DNA from: Squalus acanthias
Taxonomy: Eukaryota
Length of the DNA stretch: 64,000 nucleotides
Reading direction: 5' to 3'
Assembly (NCBI GenBank): GCA_030390025.1
Contig: CM059432.1
Span: forward strand, 2,852,001 to 2,916,000
Shown here: piece by piece, positions 12,238 to 24,180 of the stretch
Numbering within the stretch: position 1 is the first letter of the stretch
Layout of the letters: each line of letters starts with the position of its first letter
Translations under genes and position numbers: made by a program
The notes under the pieces: generated by a model
Database searches by the model: none
Seen by the model: only the letters and a program-made list of their open reading frames with translations
What the model was told of the DNA's origin: nothing

Positions 12238-12819
12238 TAATAGCTCACACGCAAGTGAAGTAAAGGCAGTGGACATTATTTCCCCTTTGGTAGTGAACCG
12301 TTTTTATAAGCGACAAAAAGAGATGCAATCACCAAACAGCTGATGTGAATTCGGTGTGCTTGAACTTGCGAGCGCAGCAACTCACTTATAACATCCCGGA
12401 CTTCAGAATCTCTCCAGTGCAGGCTTATCTCGCAGAGAGCCGGCACGGGCTCGACGGGCCGAATGGCCTCCTTCTGTGCTGTAACCATTCTATGATTCTA
12501 CACAGCAATCAATCATTAGCGTGCTGCCAACCCCCACTGTTAAGTGGGTACAGGCAAAACTAACACAGACTGATGTGACCTAATCACCAGGGCAATACTG
12601 TGCAAAGCACTGTAGATGTTTTAAGCACCTGCCCACATTCTAACTGACAGAAATTATATTGCCCATCAAACTTAATACGGATATTACTATAAAAAGGTCT
12701 ATAAAATCATAACAATGAGTGGGGAAATATCGTAGTAATTTGAGTCCTGGGTTCCCAATTGTTGGAATTACTGGTGTAACAACGTTTCCACATATCCACG
12801 CTATCACTAAGAACACCTC

Positions 12820-13400
12820 TGGAACATCGCCCGTCTCCGCCCCTGCCTCAACCCATCCGCTGCTGAAACCCTCGCCCATGCCTTTGCTGACTCCAGACTT
12901 GACTAATTCCAACGCTCTCCTGGCCGGCCTCCCACGTTCTTACCCTCCGTAAACTTGAGGTCTTCCAAAACTCGGCTGCCCCCGTGTCCTAACTCACACC
13001 AAGTCCCGTTCACCCGTCACCCACCCCCCCCCCCCCTGTGCTCGCTGACCTACATTGGCTCCCTGTCCAGCCACGCCTCGATTTTAAAATTCTCATGCTT
13101 GTTTTCAAATCCCTCCAGGGCCTCGCCCCCCTCCCTATCTCTGTAATCTCCTCCAGCTCTACAACCAATGTTCCCTTTAAGCTGTGTGGTGCTCCAGAGA
13201 ACCTGCGCAACCGGCTTGCCAGCTTTTCAAAGCAAAAACCACGTATGCATGGTATTTTGAATGGCCCGCGCGGTGCCAAAAAAAGTACAGGGAACATTGC
13301 CTACAACCCTACGAGATCTCTGCGCTCCTCTAATTTTGGCCTCTTGCGCATCCCTGATTTTAAATCGCTCCGCCATTGGCGGCCGTGCCTTCAGCTGCCT
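12820..13400 (+). mobile_element. L2 fragment
   Basis: LADLHWLPVQPRLDFKILMLVFKSL...RSLRS...GGRAFSC. Confidence 0.8.
13166..13299. mobile_element. hAT-like MITE
   Basis: 11-bp TIRs CAATGTTCCCT/AGGGAACATTG; 8-bp TSD TCTACAAC/CCTACAAC (one mismatch); interrupts L2. Confidence 0.8.
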
Positions 13401-16275
13401 GTGTGGAGTAAAAGGTAAACTGGTAAAAAGTGAAAAAGCAGGAACTAAGTGCCACAAAGCATATTTGAAAGTTCTCTATCTGAATGCACGTAGCATTCGT
13501 AACAAAATAGACGAGTTAATGGCACAAATAACTACATATGGTTATGATATTGTGGCCATTACAGAAACATGGCTGCAGGGTGACAATGCCTGGGAATTAA
13601 ACATACCAGGTTATTTAACGATCAGGAAGGACAGGCAGGAAGGAAGGGGAGGTGGGGTGGCTATGTTAATAAAGGAAGGAATCACTGTAATACAGAGTAA
13701 TGATATTGGGTCAAAAAATCATGATAATGAAACAGTTTGGGTGGAGATAAGGAATAATAAGGGGAAAAAAACATTAGTGGGCGTAGTCTATAGGCCTCCG
13801 AACAGTTGCAACTCTATTGGACGGAGTATCAATCAGGAAATAGTTGAGGCATGTAATAAGGGAACATCTATAATTATGGGGGATTTTAACTATCATATTA
13901 ATTGGACAAATCAAATGGGGCAGGGCTGCCTTGAGGATGAGTTCATTGAGTGTATTAGGGATGGGTTTCTTGAGCAGTATGTAACTGAACCGACCAGGGG
14001 GCAAGCAACCTTAGATCTGGTCCTGTGTAACGAGACAGGATTAATTAAAAATGTCCTAGTAAAGGATCCCCTTGGAATGAGTGACCATAACATGGTTGAA
14101 TTCCATATTCAATTAGAGGGTGAGAAGGTTGGATCTCAAACAAGCGTGCTAAGCTTGAATAAAGGAGACTATGAAGGTATGCGAGCGGAATTGAGTAGAG
14201 TGGATTGGGAAAATAGATTAAAGGGTAAGACGACACATGATCAGTGGTGTACATTCAAGGAGTTATTTTACAACTTCCAAAAAATATATATTCCACTGAA
14301 AAGAAAAGGGTGTAAAAGAAAGGACAGTCATCCGTGGCTAAGTAAAGAAATTAAGGATAGTATTCGACTAAAAACAAGGGCATATAAGGTAGCGAAATCT
14401 AGTGGGAGGACAGAGGATTGGGAAAACTTTAAAAGGCAGCAAAAAATAACAAAAAGATTGATTAAGAAAGGGAAGATAGATTATGAAAGTAAATTAGCAA
14501 AAAATATAAAAACAGATAGTAAGAGTTTTTATAGTTATATAAAAAGAAAAAGGGTGGCTAAAGTAAATGTTGGTCCCTTAGAGGATGAGACCGGGAAATT
14601 AATGGTGGGAAATATGGAGATGGCAAAAACACTGAATGAATATTTTGTATCAGTCTTTACAGTAGAGGACACTAAGAATATCCCAACACTGGACAAACAG
14701 GGGGCTATAGGGGGAGAGGAGCTAAACACGATCAAAATCACTAAGGAAGTGGTACTCGGTAAAATAATGGGACTCAAGGCGGATAAATCACCTGGACCTG
14801 ATGGCTTACATCCTAGAGTCTTGAAGGAAGTGGCGGTAGGGATTGTAGATGCATTGGTAATAATTTTTCAAAACTCCCTGGATTCCGCTAAGGTCCCGGC
14901 AGACTGGAAAACTGCTAATGTAACACCCTTATTTAAAAAGGGCAGTAGACAGAAGGCTGGTAACTATAGACCGGTTAGCCTAACATCTGTGGTAGGTAAA
15001 ATTTTGGAGTCCATTATTAAGGAAACAGTAACAGGACATTTGGATAATCATAATTTAATAGGACAAAGTCAGCATGGTTTTACGAAGGGGAAGTCATGTT
15101 TGACAAATTTGCTGGAGTTCTTTGAGGAAGTAACATATAGAGTGGATAAAGGGGAACCAGTGGACGTAGTGTATTTAGACTTCCAAAAGGCATTTGACAA
15201 GGTGCCACACAAAAGATTATTGCTTAAGGTAAAAAATCACGGGATTGGGGGTAATATTCTGGCATGGATAGAGGATTGGCTATCTAACAGAAAGCAAAGA
15301 GTTGGGATAAATGGTTCATTCTCAGACTGGCAATCAGTAACTAGTGGTGTTCCACAGGGGTCAGTGCTGGGTCCCCAACTCTTCACAATCTATATTAACG
15401 ATTTGGAGGAAGGGACCAAGTGTAACATATCAAAATTTGCAGATGATACAAAGATGGGAGGGAAAGTAGTGAGTGAGGAGGACATAAAAAACCTGCAAGG
15501 GGACATAGACAGGCTAAGTAAGTGGGCAGAGATTTGGCAGATGGAATACAACACTGGAAAGTGTGAGGTGATGCACTTTGGCAGGAAAAATCCTAGAGCA
15601 ATTTATTATCTTAATGGCAAGAAACTGGAGAGTACTGAAGTGCAAAGGGATCTGGGGGTCCTGGTGCACGAAACTCAAAAGGTTAGTATGCAGGTGCAGC
15701 AAGTGATTAAGAAGGCAAATGGAATGTTGGCTTTCATTGCTAGGGGGATAGAATATAAAAATAGGGAGGTATTGCTTCAGTTGTACAAGGTATTGGTGAG
15801 ACCGCACCTGGAATACTGCATACAGTTTTGGTGTCCTTACTTAAGGAAAGACATCCTTGCTCTCGAGGCAGTGCAAAAAAGGTTCACTCGGTTAATCCCG
15901 GGGATGAGGGGGTGGTCATATGAGGAGAGGTTGGGTAGATTGGGACTCTACTCATTGGAGTTCAGAAGAATGAGAGGCGATCTTATTGAAACATATAAGA
16001 TTGTGAAGGGGTTGGATCGGGTGGATGCGGGGAGGATGTTCCCGATGACGGGTGAGACGAGAACTAGGGGACATAGTCTTAGAATAAGGGGCTGCTCTTT
16101 CAAAACTGAGATGAGGAGGAACTACTTCACTCAGAGGGTGGTAGGTCCATGGAATATGCTGCCACAAAAAGCTGTAGAAGCTACAACATTAATTAAATTT
16201 AAAACAGAAATAGACAGTTTCCTAGAAGTAAAGGGCATTAAGGGTTACGGGGAGCGGGCAGGAATTTGGACATGA
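13261..16275 (+). CDS. CR1 LINE ORF2: APE endonuclease + reverse transcriptase, uninterrupted
   Basis: 1004-aa ORF; endonuclease motifs YLNARS, ITETWL, VYRPP, MGDFN, LDLVL, SDH; RT motifs [44 protein letters not shown]; first ~47 codons derive from flanking MITE/L2. Confidence 0.9.
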   Translation: MARAVPKKVQGTLPTTLRDLCAPLILASCASLILNRSAIGGRAFSCLCGVKGKLVKSEKAGTKCHKAYLKVLYLNARSIRNKIDELMAQITTYGYDIVAITETWLQGDNAWELNIPGYLTIRKDRQEGRGGGVAMLIKEGITVIQSNDIGSKNHDNETVWVEIRNNKGKKTLVGVVYRPPNSCNSIGRSINQEIVEACNKGTSIIMGDFNYHINWTNQMGQGCLEDEFIECIRDGFLEQYVTEPTRGQATLDLVLCNETGLIKNVLVKDPLGMSDHNMVEFHIQLEGEKVGSQTSVLSLNKGDYEGMRAELSRVDWENRLKGKTTHDQWCTFKELFYNFQKIYIPLKRKGCKRKDSHPWLSKEIKDSIRLKTRAYKVAKSSGRTEDWENFKRQQKITKRLIKKGKIDYESKLAKNIKTDSKSFYSYIKRKRVAKVNVGPLEDETGKLMVGNMEMAKTLNEYFVSVFTVEDTKNIPTLDKQGAIGGEELNTIKITKEVVLGKIMGLKADKSPGPDGLHPRVLKEVAVGIVDALVIIFQNSLDSAKVPADWKTANVTPLFKKGSRQKAGNYRPVSLTSVVGKILESIIKETVTGHLDNHNLIGQSQHGFTKGKSCLTNLLEFFEEVTYRVDKGEPVDVVYLDFQKAFDKVPHKRLLLKVKNHGIGGNILAWIEDWLSNRKQRVGINGSFSDWQSVTSGVPQGSVLGPQLFTIYINDLEEGTKCNISKFADDTKMGGKVVSEEDIKNLQGDIDRLSKWAEIWQMEYNTGKCEVMHFGRKNPRAIYYLNGKKLESTEVQRDLGVLVHETQKVSMQVQQVIKKANGMLAFIARGIEYKNREVLLQLYKVLVRPHLEYCIQFWCPYLRKDILALEAVQKRFTRLIPGMRGWSYEERLGRLGLYSLEFRRMRGDLIETYKIVKGLDRVDAGRMFPMTGETRTRGHSLRIRGCSFKTEMRRNYFTQRVVGPWNMLPQKAVEATTLIKFKTEIDSFLEVKGIKGYGERAGIWT

Positions 16276-16514
16276 GTCTAGGTTCGGATCGGTCATGGCC
16301 CTGTGGGTAGTGGAGCGGGCCCAGGGACTGTGTAGCCTGATTCTGCTCCTATTTCGTGTGTGCAATTCTGTTAGATGCAGGAGATGGTTCTGTGATAGAT
16401 AGTAGATTGGCGGTTAGGATCAGATCAGCCATGATCTTATTGAATGGCGGAGCAGGCTCGAGGGGCCGATTGGCCTACTCCTGCTCCTATTTCTTATGTT
16501 CTTATGTTCTTATG
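13401..16514 (+). mobile_element. CR1-clade LINE lacking ORF1, intact ORF2 and 3' UTR
   Basis: ORF2 as above; ends in (TTCTTATG)3. Confidence 0.9.
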
Positions 16515-17070
16515 ATGGTGCATGTGATGGGCGATGTCATGGCTGCCATTGCAGCACAGGCGGAAGTGACCCAACATCTTAGTGCTGCAGCAGAAGTGCA
16601 GACCGCTCTCATGCAGTCTCAGCTTGATGCCAGCCAAGCTCAGACTCCTCCCATCGTGGCTGGGTTTACCACTGTCGACTGGGGCTTGCAGGGTGTCGCA
16701 GCAGCCCAGCAATCTGTGCTCCAACAGATTACTAGGAATGCTGTGGTGCTGCCCCGGTGGAGTGGCAGTGAGCAGGACCCTGCTGTCCTCTCTCAGGATA
16801 ACAGCAATCCTGCTCCCACCACTGCCACTTCGCCATTGCCCTCGCCGCTGCCTGTCAGCCAGCCAGCCCAGACTGGTGCCGCCCATGCCGAGGTGGTGCA
16901 GTCTACAGCCGGGACTTCTAGGGCCAGAGTTGCTTGAGGTCATCCTGCAAGGCCATCTGAAGTCTCCCCCATGAAAACTCAGCAGCCTTCCACCAGCCGT
17001 GCTGCAGCCACTGGGGGAGCACTTCGCAGGAGCACTAGATCAGGAAAGGGCACCGAACGACAGGCACTAA
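16515..17070 (+). pseudogene. Probable C-terminal remnant of Harbinger accessory (Myb/SANT-like) gene
   Basis: Ala/Gln-rich then Pro/Ser-rich reading frame convergent on the transposase; the Myb domain itself is not present. Confidence 0.45.
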
Positions 17071-17255
17071 GGAATTGTACAAGGGTGATTAGTTGATATC
17101 GTATATGTAAATTGATTTTTGATAAATTTATTAATTTTGTTTGGAATCTTTTGTAGTGGCTCTCATTTCAGCTTTGTGCCCAGGAGGACGCTGTGATATT
17201 CCGTGACAGAGGGATGGTGTGATGGGGATATGGTGAGCAATAGGGATCTGGGATT

Positions 17256-18338
17256 TCATTCATTGGAATCGGAGTCTGATGAGGTGTTCACGGACAGCCC
17301 ATCTGGAAGGGGGATTGGCTGCCTGCCTCCTCCCTCCCTCCTCTTCCTCTTCTTCTTCCTCTTCCTCCTCCTCCTGAGGTGGTCCCGCAGTCCCTGCTGG
17401 CAAGGGCTGCGCCCTCATGATGGCAAAGTTGTGAAGCCTGCAGCAGACCAGCACGAAATGGGACACTCACTCCAGCGTGTACTGGAGGGCTCCTCCCGAG
17501 CGGTCAAGGCAGTGGAACCGTTGCTTCAGTAGCCCGATGGTCTGCTCGATGAATTTCCTGGTGAAAGCATGGCTCTCATTATATGTGTGCTGGGCACGAG
17601 TGGTGGGTTGTGAAGGGGAGTCATCAGCCAGGTGCAGAATGGATAGCCCTTATCTCCGAGCTGCCAGGATAGCGGGCATTCACCAACAGGAAGCGCTGTC
17701 GCACAACAACTGCACATTAAGTGAGTGGTAGCCTTTGCTGTTACGGAACATCTCAGGATTGTTATGCAGTGTCCGCAAAGCCACATGGGTGCAGTCGATA
17801 GCGCCCTGCACCATAGGAAAGTCCGCTATCCTGGCAAAGCCACATATGCGCTCATTGGCTTCTCTCTGCTCAGAGAGAAGAAAACAGAGTCCCTTCTCCT
17901 GGAGTAGAGAGCCTCTGTGACCTCCCAGATGCAGCAATGGATCGCAAACTGTGAGATGTTAGCTACGTCTCATGCTACAGACTGGAATGATCCGCTGGCG
18001 AAGAAATTGAGGGCCACGGTGACCTTGACTGCCATTGGGAGAGCCATGTTCGCCCTGCTCTCAGGCTGCAAGTCTGGTTTCAGGAGGTGGCAGAGTTGTG
18101 TGACCACCTCCTTGGTGAAGCAGAGCCTCCTAATACACTGCTCCTGGCTTAAGTGGATAAAAGAGATGTGCTCTCGGAAGACCCTAGGTGGGTAAGGCCT
18201 CCTGGTGAGAGCCCTCCTCCTCCTCCTTCTCCTCCCTCTGCGCACACCTTCTCGTTTCCTTTGCTGCCTCCGCTCCCTCTCCCTAAGATCCTGGAGTGTG
18301 AGGTCGACTGCCAGTAGAGCCCCCATGACTGTGAGCAA
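17256..18338 (-). pseudogene. Harbinger DDE transposase (HARBI1-like), frameshifted
   Basis: Fragments YPPRVFRE...VKVTVALNFFASGSFQ, FPMVQGAIDCTHVAL...NSKGYHSLNVQLLCD, LGDKGYP, CCRLHNFAI in different frames. Confidence 0.85.
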
Positions 18339-18824
18339 ATGTTGTGAGCAGAAGCCTTTAAATCAGAATGATGGCGTTCTCCACTAGCAACAACACTCGC
18401 TGTTACCTTAGAACCTTGAAAGAAGTTAATAAAGCTGCTGGAGTTGCAGAAAGTTGCACAGAGCCAGTCAAACTGGAGAAACATACCAGGTACAAGTTGT
18501 TGTTGATGATCCCTTTAAATACCACTGCTGGAGCCTCCTTCCTGCTTGCTCAGCTGGTCGCTCTTAAGGCCTGGCAGTAGGTGGAGCGGCAAAGTCGAAA
18601 CTCGCAGATCAGGCAGCAAGTGAGCGTTGCACACTCACTGACATCACAATCTGCATCATTTATATAATTTTGTCGAGCGCCGACATCGGCAGCGCTGCCG
18701 GCACCTGAAAATGGCAGCCGCCGCGGGACCTGCCAGCAGCGGGCGCAAGAGCGGCGGCCGCCATTTGTTCCCTAAATCTGGCGGTAACGTGTGGCACTAA
18801 ACCCCCGAATTTTTAGCTCATCAT

Positions 18825-19422
18825 GGTAGAAGCCAGCCCCGCACACAAAACTGGCCAGATCGAATTAATCACCATTGTAACTTTCCGCTAATTGCGCCCG
18901 TTTGTGACCCTTTGAGGAGGTTCTTTAAATTAAGCTGTTTTTTTTTTTTAGGTGCAAGGACACTTATAGGCACCTTTTAAAAGTTTTTACATTTTTTTTA
19001 AATTGACTAAGAAACTGACAACTGTACACCAATGTAACCAGTAAATGGTCCCGTATAGTTTTTTAAAGTCATTTTCAGTTATTTAAAATCAGGTTACTCA
19101 CAGGTGGTGGACTAGACAATCTAATTAATAATGCTTATTTTTTGTGATAAACCCATTTTTGGCTGGATTAATAAAACTGCATCAGCTCACCACTCTTAAA
19201 TATATCAAGGAATATTTTTTAATGCAAAAACACTTTTGTTTAAATTTTGTTCTAAAATGCTGCCTGATTGCGCTGGTTCATGACAGATTTTACGTTTGGC
19301 GATATGCAAATGAATTTAAGTGGAAACTTGAGCAAAAAAAAAACACTTCTGAAAACTAGCACAATTTTGAGATCAATTTGCGCCTGGATCGCCGATTATG
19401 CCCAAAGCAGAAACTCTTGGCC
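18825..19422. mobile_element. Probable non-autonomous DNA transposon fragment
   Basis: CpG-containing ends with AT-rich interior; termini not confirmed. Confidence 0.3.
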
Positions 19423-20260
19423 TTTGTGTCTGTAATATTTTAACATTGTAAAATTGTAGCAAACCATCCGCATTACCATGCTAATCATGTGATACCATGG
19501 ACCAATCAAATCCCAAAATTGCTTGTTGAACCTGAGTCTATAAATTATTTTTAATGGGAATTAGATAATCGCTTGAAAAAGCAGAATATTAAAGGATATG
19601 AGAGAAAACAGGAGACTGAGATTAGACGAGGTGGCTCATGTGGAGAAAATATAATTGCAGATTTAATGGGATGAATGAAGTGTTTCTTTGCTGTGAAATT
19701 CTGTGATTCTATGATTGGTTCGTAGTCTCACATTGTTAGCAACGGCCAAAGAACACACAAAGCAGCCATTTTTAAATATTTTCCTTAATTTCTATTGTTT
19801 ACTCTATGTCTGACCAAACCACTCTGCATGACCGAACTCTACCACATCTGCCTGCCCTGCTCAACCTAATACCAATCCAACTTGGCAGTTTCCTGTCCAA
19901 CCAATCCCAACTGGCTGTAGTCACCAGCCATCCCATTATCACCAACTGTCCAACAGCCACTAACTACCTTGAATTATATTTTTCTTGTTGCCTCTGTTCC
20001 TGCTCTTCCTAGTGTTGAAAGCATAACACTTAGTAGTGAGTGAGTTTCTGATTTGAGTTCCTCTTGACTTGGCAATGGACTCTGTATGGTTGGGTATGGG
20101 AAGGAGCACAAAGGATGAGGGGTCAAGAAACATAAAGGTCAATCTCTCTTAAATTGCCACCAATCCAGATTTCAGTGCAGAATTCTTATTAAAACTTATA
20201 ATTGATAGTGTGCATGTGTTTCTAAAAAAAAAGTGAACATGTTTGTGAGTGTGAACCTTT

Positions 20261-21077
20261 GGGCTGGATTTTGTCATTGGGGGCGGGACTGCTGGTTGTC
20301 GGGTTTCTATCCCGCCCCCAACGACGTCCGGCCAACCCACGCTATTTTCCCTTGATTGACCTTGTTAAGCCTGCCCTGCGGGCTTAGCCAGCCAATTAAG
20401 TGAAAGCCAGTGACAGAGGACGTCAGCGTATGATATTTCATCTGTCGAAAATTTTTGACAGATGAATTGTCAGCGTTTGACAGCTTTGAGAAGCTGTCAA
20501 ACACTGACAATCTCTGTTCTAAGGTGAGCCCTTGTACTGAAGGCTCACCAAAACCTCTCTCCTCAGCAGAAATCAGATGGCTACTGCACCTGAGAATGCA
20601 GCAGCCATTCTGTCATCTCTGCCGTTGAGATGAGGCACCTCCGGATCCCCAAGGGTTGAAGCCTGCAGAAAGAAGCAAAGGTAAGTAAACTTTTTCTAAC
20701 ACTTTACACTCACCTCTCATACTTACCTCTCCACACTTGCACCCATCACTCACCTCCACAGCGGACTTTTCGATCCCTCTCACCCCGGCAGACCCACTGC
20801 TCGCCTCGCTGACCCTGGCAAGGTTCGTAGCCATTGGGAAGCCCGCACTTGCAGGGGTAAAATGGGGATAAGCCTCAAAACTGCCTGTTAACTACCTGTT
20901 AACAGGCAGTTAATTGGCTCTAATCCCCTTCCCGCCTCGAGGAGACGGGTCCCTGCGCGAGTCGGGGACCTGCCTCCCAGGAAGATGGCACGGAGGCGGG
21001 TTCGGTCCCAGTTTCTGCCATTTTCCCGGCAGTCTCGCCTCCATACCCGCCTCCCCAGGGCTGGCAAAATTCCCCCC
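20261..21077. mobile_element. Non-autonomous Harbinger-like element (copy 1)
   Basis: Imperfect TIRs GGGCTGGATTTTG/CAAAATTCCCCCC, 3-bp TSD TTT; inverted homologue at 51692-52502. Confidence 0.75.
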
Positions 21078-21112
21078 TTTGTGTTTATGTGTGTGGATAT
21101 GTTTTATGAGAG

Positions 21113-21115
<3 letters not shown>

Positions 21116-21147
<32 letters not shown>
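21116..21147 (+). repeat. (GA)n microsatellite
   Basis: Direct reading. Confidence 0.9.
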
Positions 21148-21151
<4 letters not shown>

Positions 21152-23597
21152 GAGTGCCCAGATTGCCACTTCCTCCCAACCTATTACCCCTCTCCCCACT
21201 CCCTCCATCACACCCTAGGAGAGACAACATCAATTATATAGCTATCACAGGGTTGGACTACAGAGCTTATATCTGGGACTGGCTAAATTGATTGTAATAG
21301 TCTTTTCTGCTCTTGTACGTTCCTATGTCATTCCAGATATCTATGAAAGGTGAGAAGAAAAAGAGGCAGACAGAATAGAAGAGAAGCTGTGAAAGCCATA
21401 CAGAGAGAGCAGGAATTGTACAGAAGAGCCAGGAGATAGTTGGAAGGAGAGATGTGCAGAAAGAGTGAGAGAGAATGGTGTTAAAAACAACTGTAGTCAG
21501 AGATACAGAAACAGAGAAAGAATTTGAAAGCCATAGAGAGAAAAATTTATGAGACAGATTGAGTGACAGACAGAAAGAAGGGAGACCAAAATAATTCGAG
21601 CAGAAGACAAGCCGAACCTGTTACAAGACATGAGAGACAAACATTGTTTTATATTTTGGCCTCAAGGGGAATGTCAGTTGATATTTATTTAGGTTCTTTT
21701 CACAGGCTGAAATAGCAGGACTTTAGGAGCACCATTCCTCGTACCTTGTTTCATCAGGAACTCACTTAGATTTGCCAGTTGGAACAGTTAATATGTGGAC
21801 TCTACCTGAATTTCTGTACCAGGTAGTCTTTTCCTGAAAGCCTATATGATCCAGACATCCCTATACATCCAGGCCATCCCTCAAAAGGTAAAAACTGTCC
21901 AATTCAGAATGAGGCTACAAACTAATAAACCCTTCTTAATGTTCCATGAAGAGCAATACTTAATCTTGCAGTGCCTCTCTCTATCTGACAGGATCTTTGA
22001 GATGCCCCTGATCCAGGCAAATCTTTGGGGCTGATGCAAAACACCACATTGGTTCCTGCATATATGCAATCACCTTAATATAACAAAATATTCTCCTGTA
22101 TGTACAACGTAACAAAGCTATACAATTATTTCATGCATGCATGTATTCTTTTTTCTGAATGAAAATAATAACAAAGAAGAACAGAATGAGGATTGCAAAG
22201 TTTGGATGTGCAGCAACCTTGCATGAAAAACTGTTTAGAGACCACAAAGGAGATCGATATGCTAAAAGAGAAGACAATGGTAGCAGATAATAACTTGGAT
22301 GATTTGGAGAACCTATCGAGAAGGAACAATCTCCATTCAATAGGAGGGCTTCCATAATCCTCAAAACTGGAAATTGAACTGAACAGGAGCATTGCCTGCT
22401 GTCAAGGCAAACCCAGAAGAGCGACCACTGGACTAAAAGTGTACTCCCAGTGAGCAGCCTTGCCTGCTAGAAGCGCATTTTGAGAAAATTTTGGTGCAAT
22501 CCCAGTGATTTACCGTCCAATTTGAACTCCTAGTGGGCAAAGCTCTCCTCTAAGCACAGTTTCATAAAATCAGCCCTAACCTTTTACCATCTTCAGATTG
22601 CTTGGGTGCCAAGACGAACTGCAGATTCTGTGGGAAGCCCCCATGGAGCAGTATGGATACATGTTTTAAGCTATTATTCAGCCAAAAAGAGAAAGCAGAG
22701 AAACTGGCCATGCTGTGAGCTCAGGCCCACCAGCTGCCAATGCAGCACAAAGCTTCCATTCAGAAAAAAACACTCACAGAGAGCTCAGAAGGCTAAACAC
22801 AATCTTAACTACCCTATTAACCAGAACTATCAGAATTCATATTGTTTTAGGCTAGGCAATGATTCTTTGACCAGGGAGGTAAGCAGGAAAATTGCTAATT
22901 GAACCACTGAAATAACCGAATCAGCTGCAGCAATGCTGACGATTATGAACAGAGCAGAGTAACAGCAGATGGACTCGATTAAAATTAACCAGGATTCCAT
23001 GAAATTGATAGACTTCTGTACTAAGCAGAGTGCTAGCCAGGAGCTCTTGAGTTTGATAAACCTAGATCAATTACTGTGCAATCAGTTGAAGCATCCTATA
23101 GAACTAGCTGAGGTGGAAAAAGCAATGTGAAGCTTTTGAGGAAGCAAATCAACTGACTCAAATGGACACTCTGTAAAATTCTACAAAAACCTCCCGTCCA
23201 AGTTGGATCCAATATTATTGAAGGGCTTTGACCTGATTTACCAGGGTGCCAACCTCTCAAATGTATTTAGTAACTTTCATTTCAGTGTTGGTACAAAAAA
23301 GGGAAGGAACCCACACTCTGCAGTAACAATAGGCTAATTTTGCTGTTTAACAGGAACTGTAAAATATTGGCCACGGTACTTGCATATCCAATAGAACCAT
23401 TCCTGCATATTATACACTGTGATCTAGTCGGATTCATGCAAGATTGTTACTCTTCCAACACCCTGAGGAAGCTTGCTCACTTTCTGTTGGATTCTTCACA
23501 TAGTCAGTATCCAACCATAAAAAGGTGCTCAATAAAATCATGTGAAAGTACATGTTTGATACACTGGAGAAATTTGTATTCAGCCCTAATTTAGTCA

Positions 23598-23725
23598 GAA
23601 ATAGAAACAGAAAATGCTGGCAGTACATAGCAGGTGTCTCATCTCTTTTGAGATCCTGGCAGATCTCCTATGTATTTCCAGCACCTTTTCTTTTTCAGAA
23701 TTTCAGCATTTGCTCTTGTTTTTTC
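23598..23725. mobile_element. Degenerate Penelope-like terminal fragment (family B)
   Basis: AAACAGAAAATGCTGG...TTTCCAGCA inverted motif as at 26425-26644. Confidence 0.45.
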
Positions 23726-23774
23726 TTCCTAGTTCCATTAGAGGTAGATAAGAACTTTGTATACAGCTCCATTA

Positions 23775-24180
23775 GTTGCCAGCCTTCGCTCAGTGGTAGC
23801 ACTCTTGCCTCTGAGTCTGAAGATCATGGGTTCAAGCTCCACTCCAGAAACTAGAGCACATAATCTAGGCTGAGACTCAAGTGCAGCGCTGAGGGAGTGA
23901 TGCACTGTTGGAGGTGTTACATTTCAATGAGATGTTAAAATAAAGCCCCATCTGCCCATGGTACTATTTGAAAAAGAGCAGGAGAGGTGTCTTGGCCAAC
24001 ATTTATTTCGCAACCAATACCCACCAAAAGACACATTATATTGTCATTTATCTCATTGTTGTTTGTGGGACAATTGGCTGCTATGTTTCCCTGTGTTACA
24101 ACAGTGACAACAATTCAAAAGTATTTCATGGGCTACGAAGCACTTTTGAATATCCTGCAGTAATTAAATGCAAGTTCTTT
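23775..24180 (+). mobile_element. Old Deu-domain SINE inside the L1 relic
   Basis: Diverged tRNA head, Deu core and tail. Confidence 0.7.

Larger units (their letters stand above)
16515..18820. mobile_element. Decayed PIF/Harbinger transposon (left part missing)
   Basis: HARBI1-like transposase on minus strand convergent with an Ala/Gln-rich ORF remnant on plus; CpG-rich right terminus. Confidence 0.8.

Noticed and set aside
17256..18338. Domesticated HARBI1 host gene
   Set aside because: Frameshifts and an apparent internal deletion; transposon context
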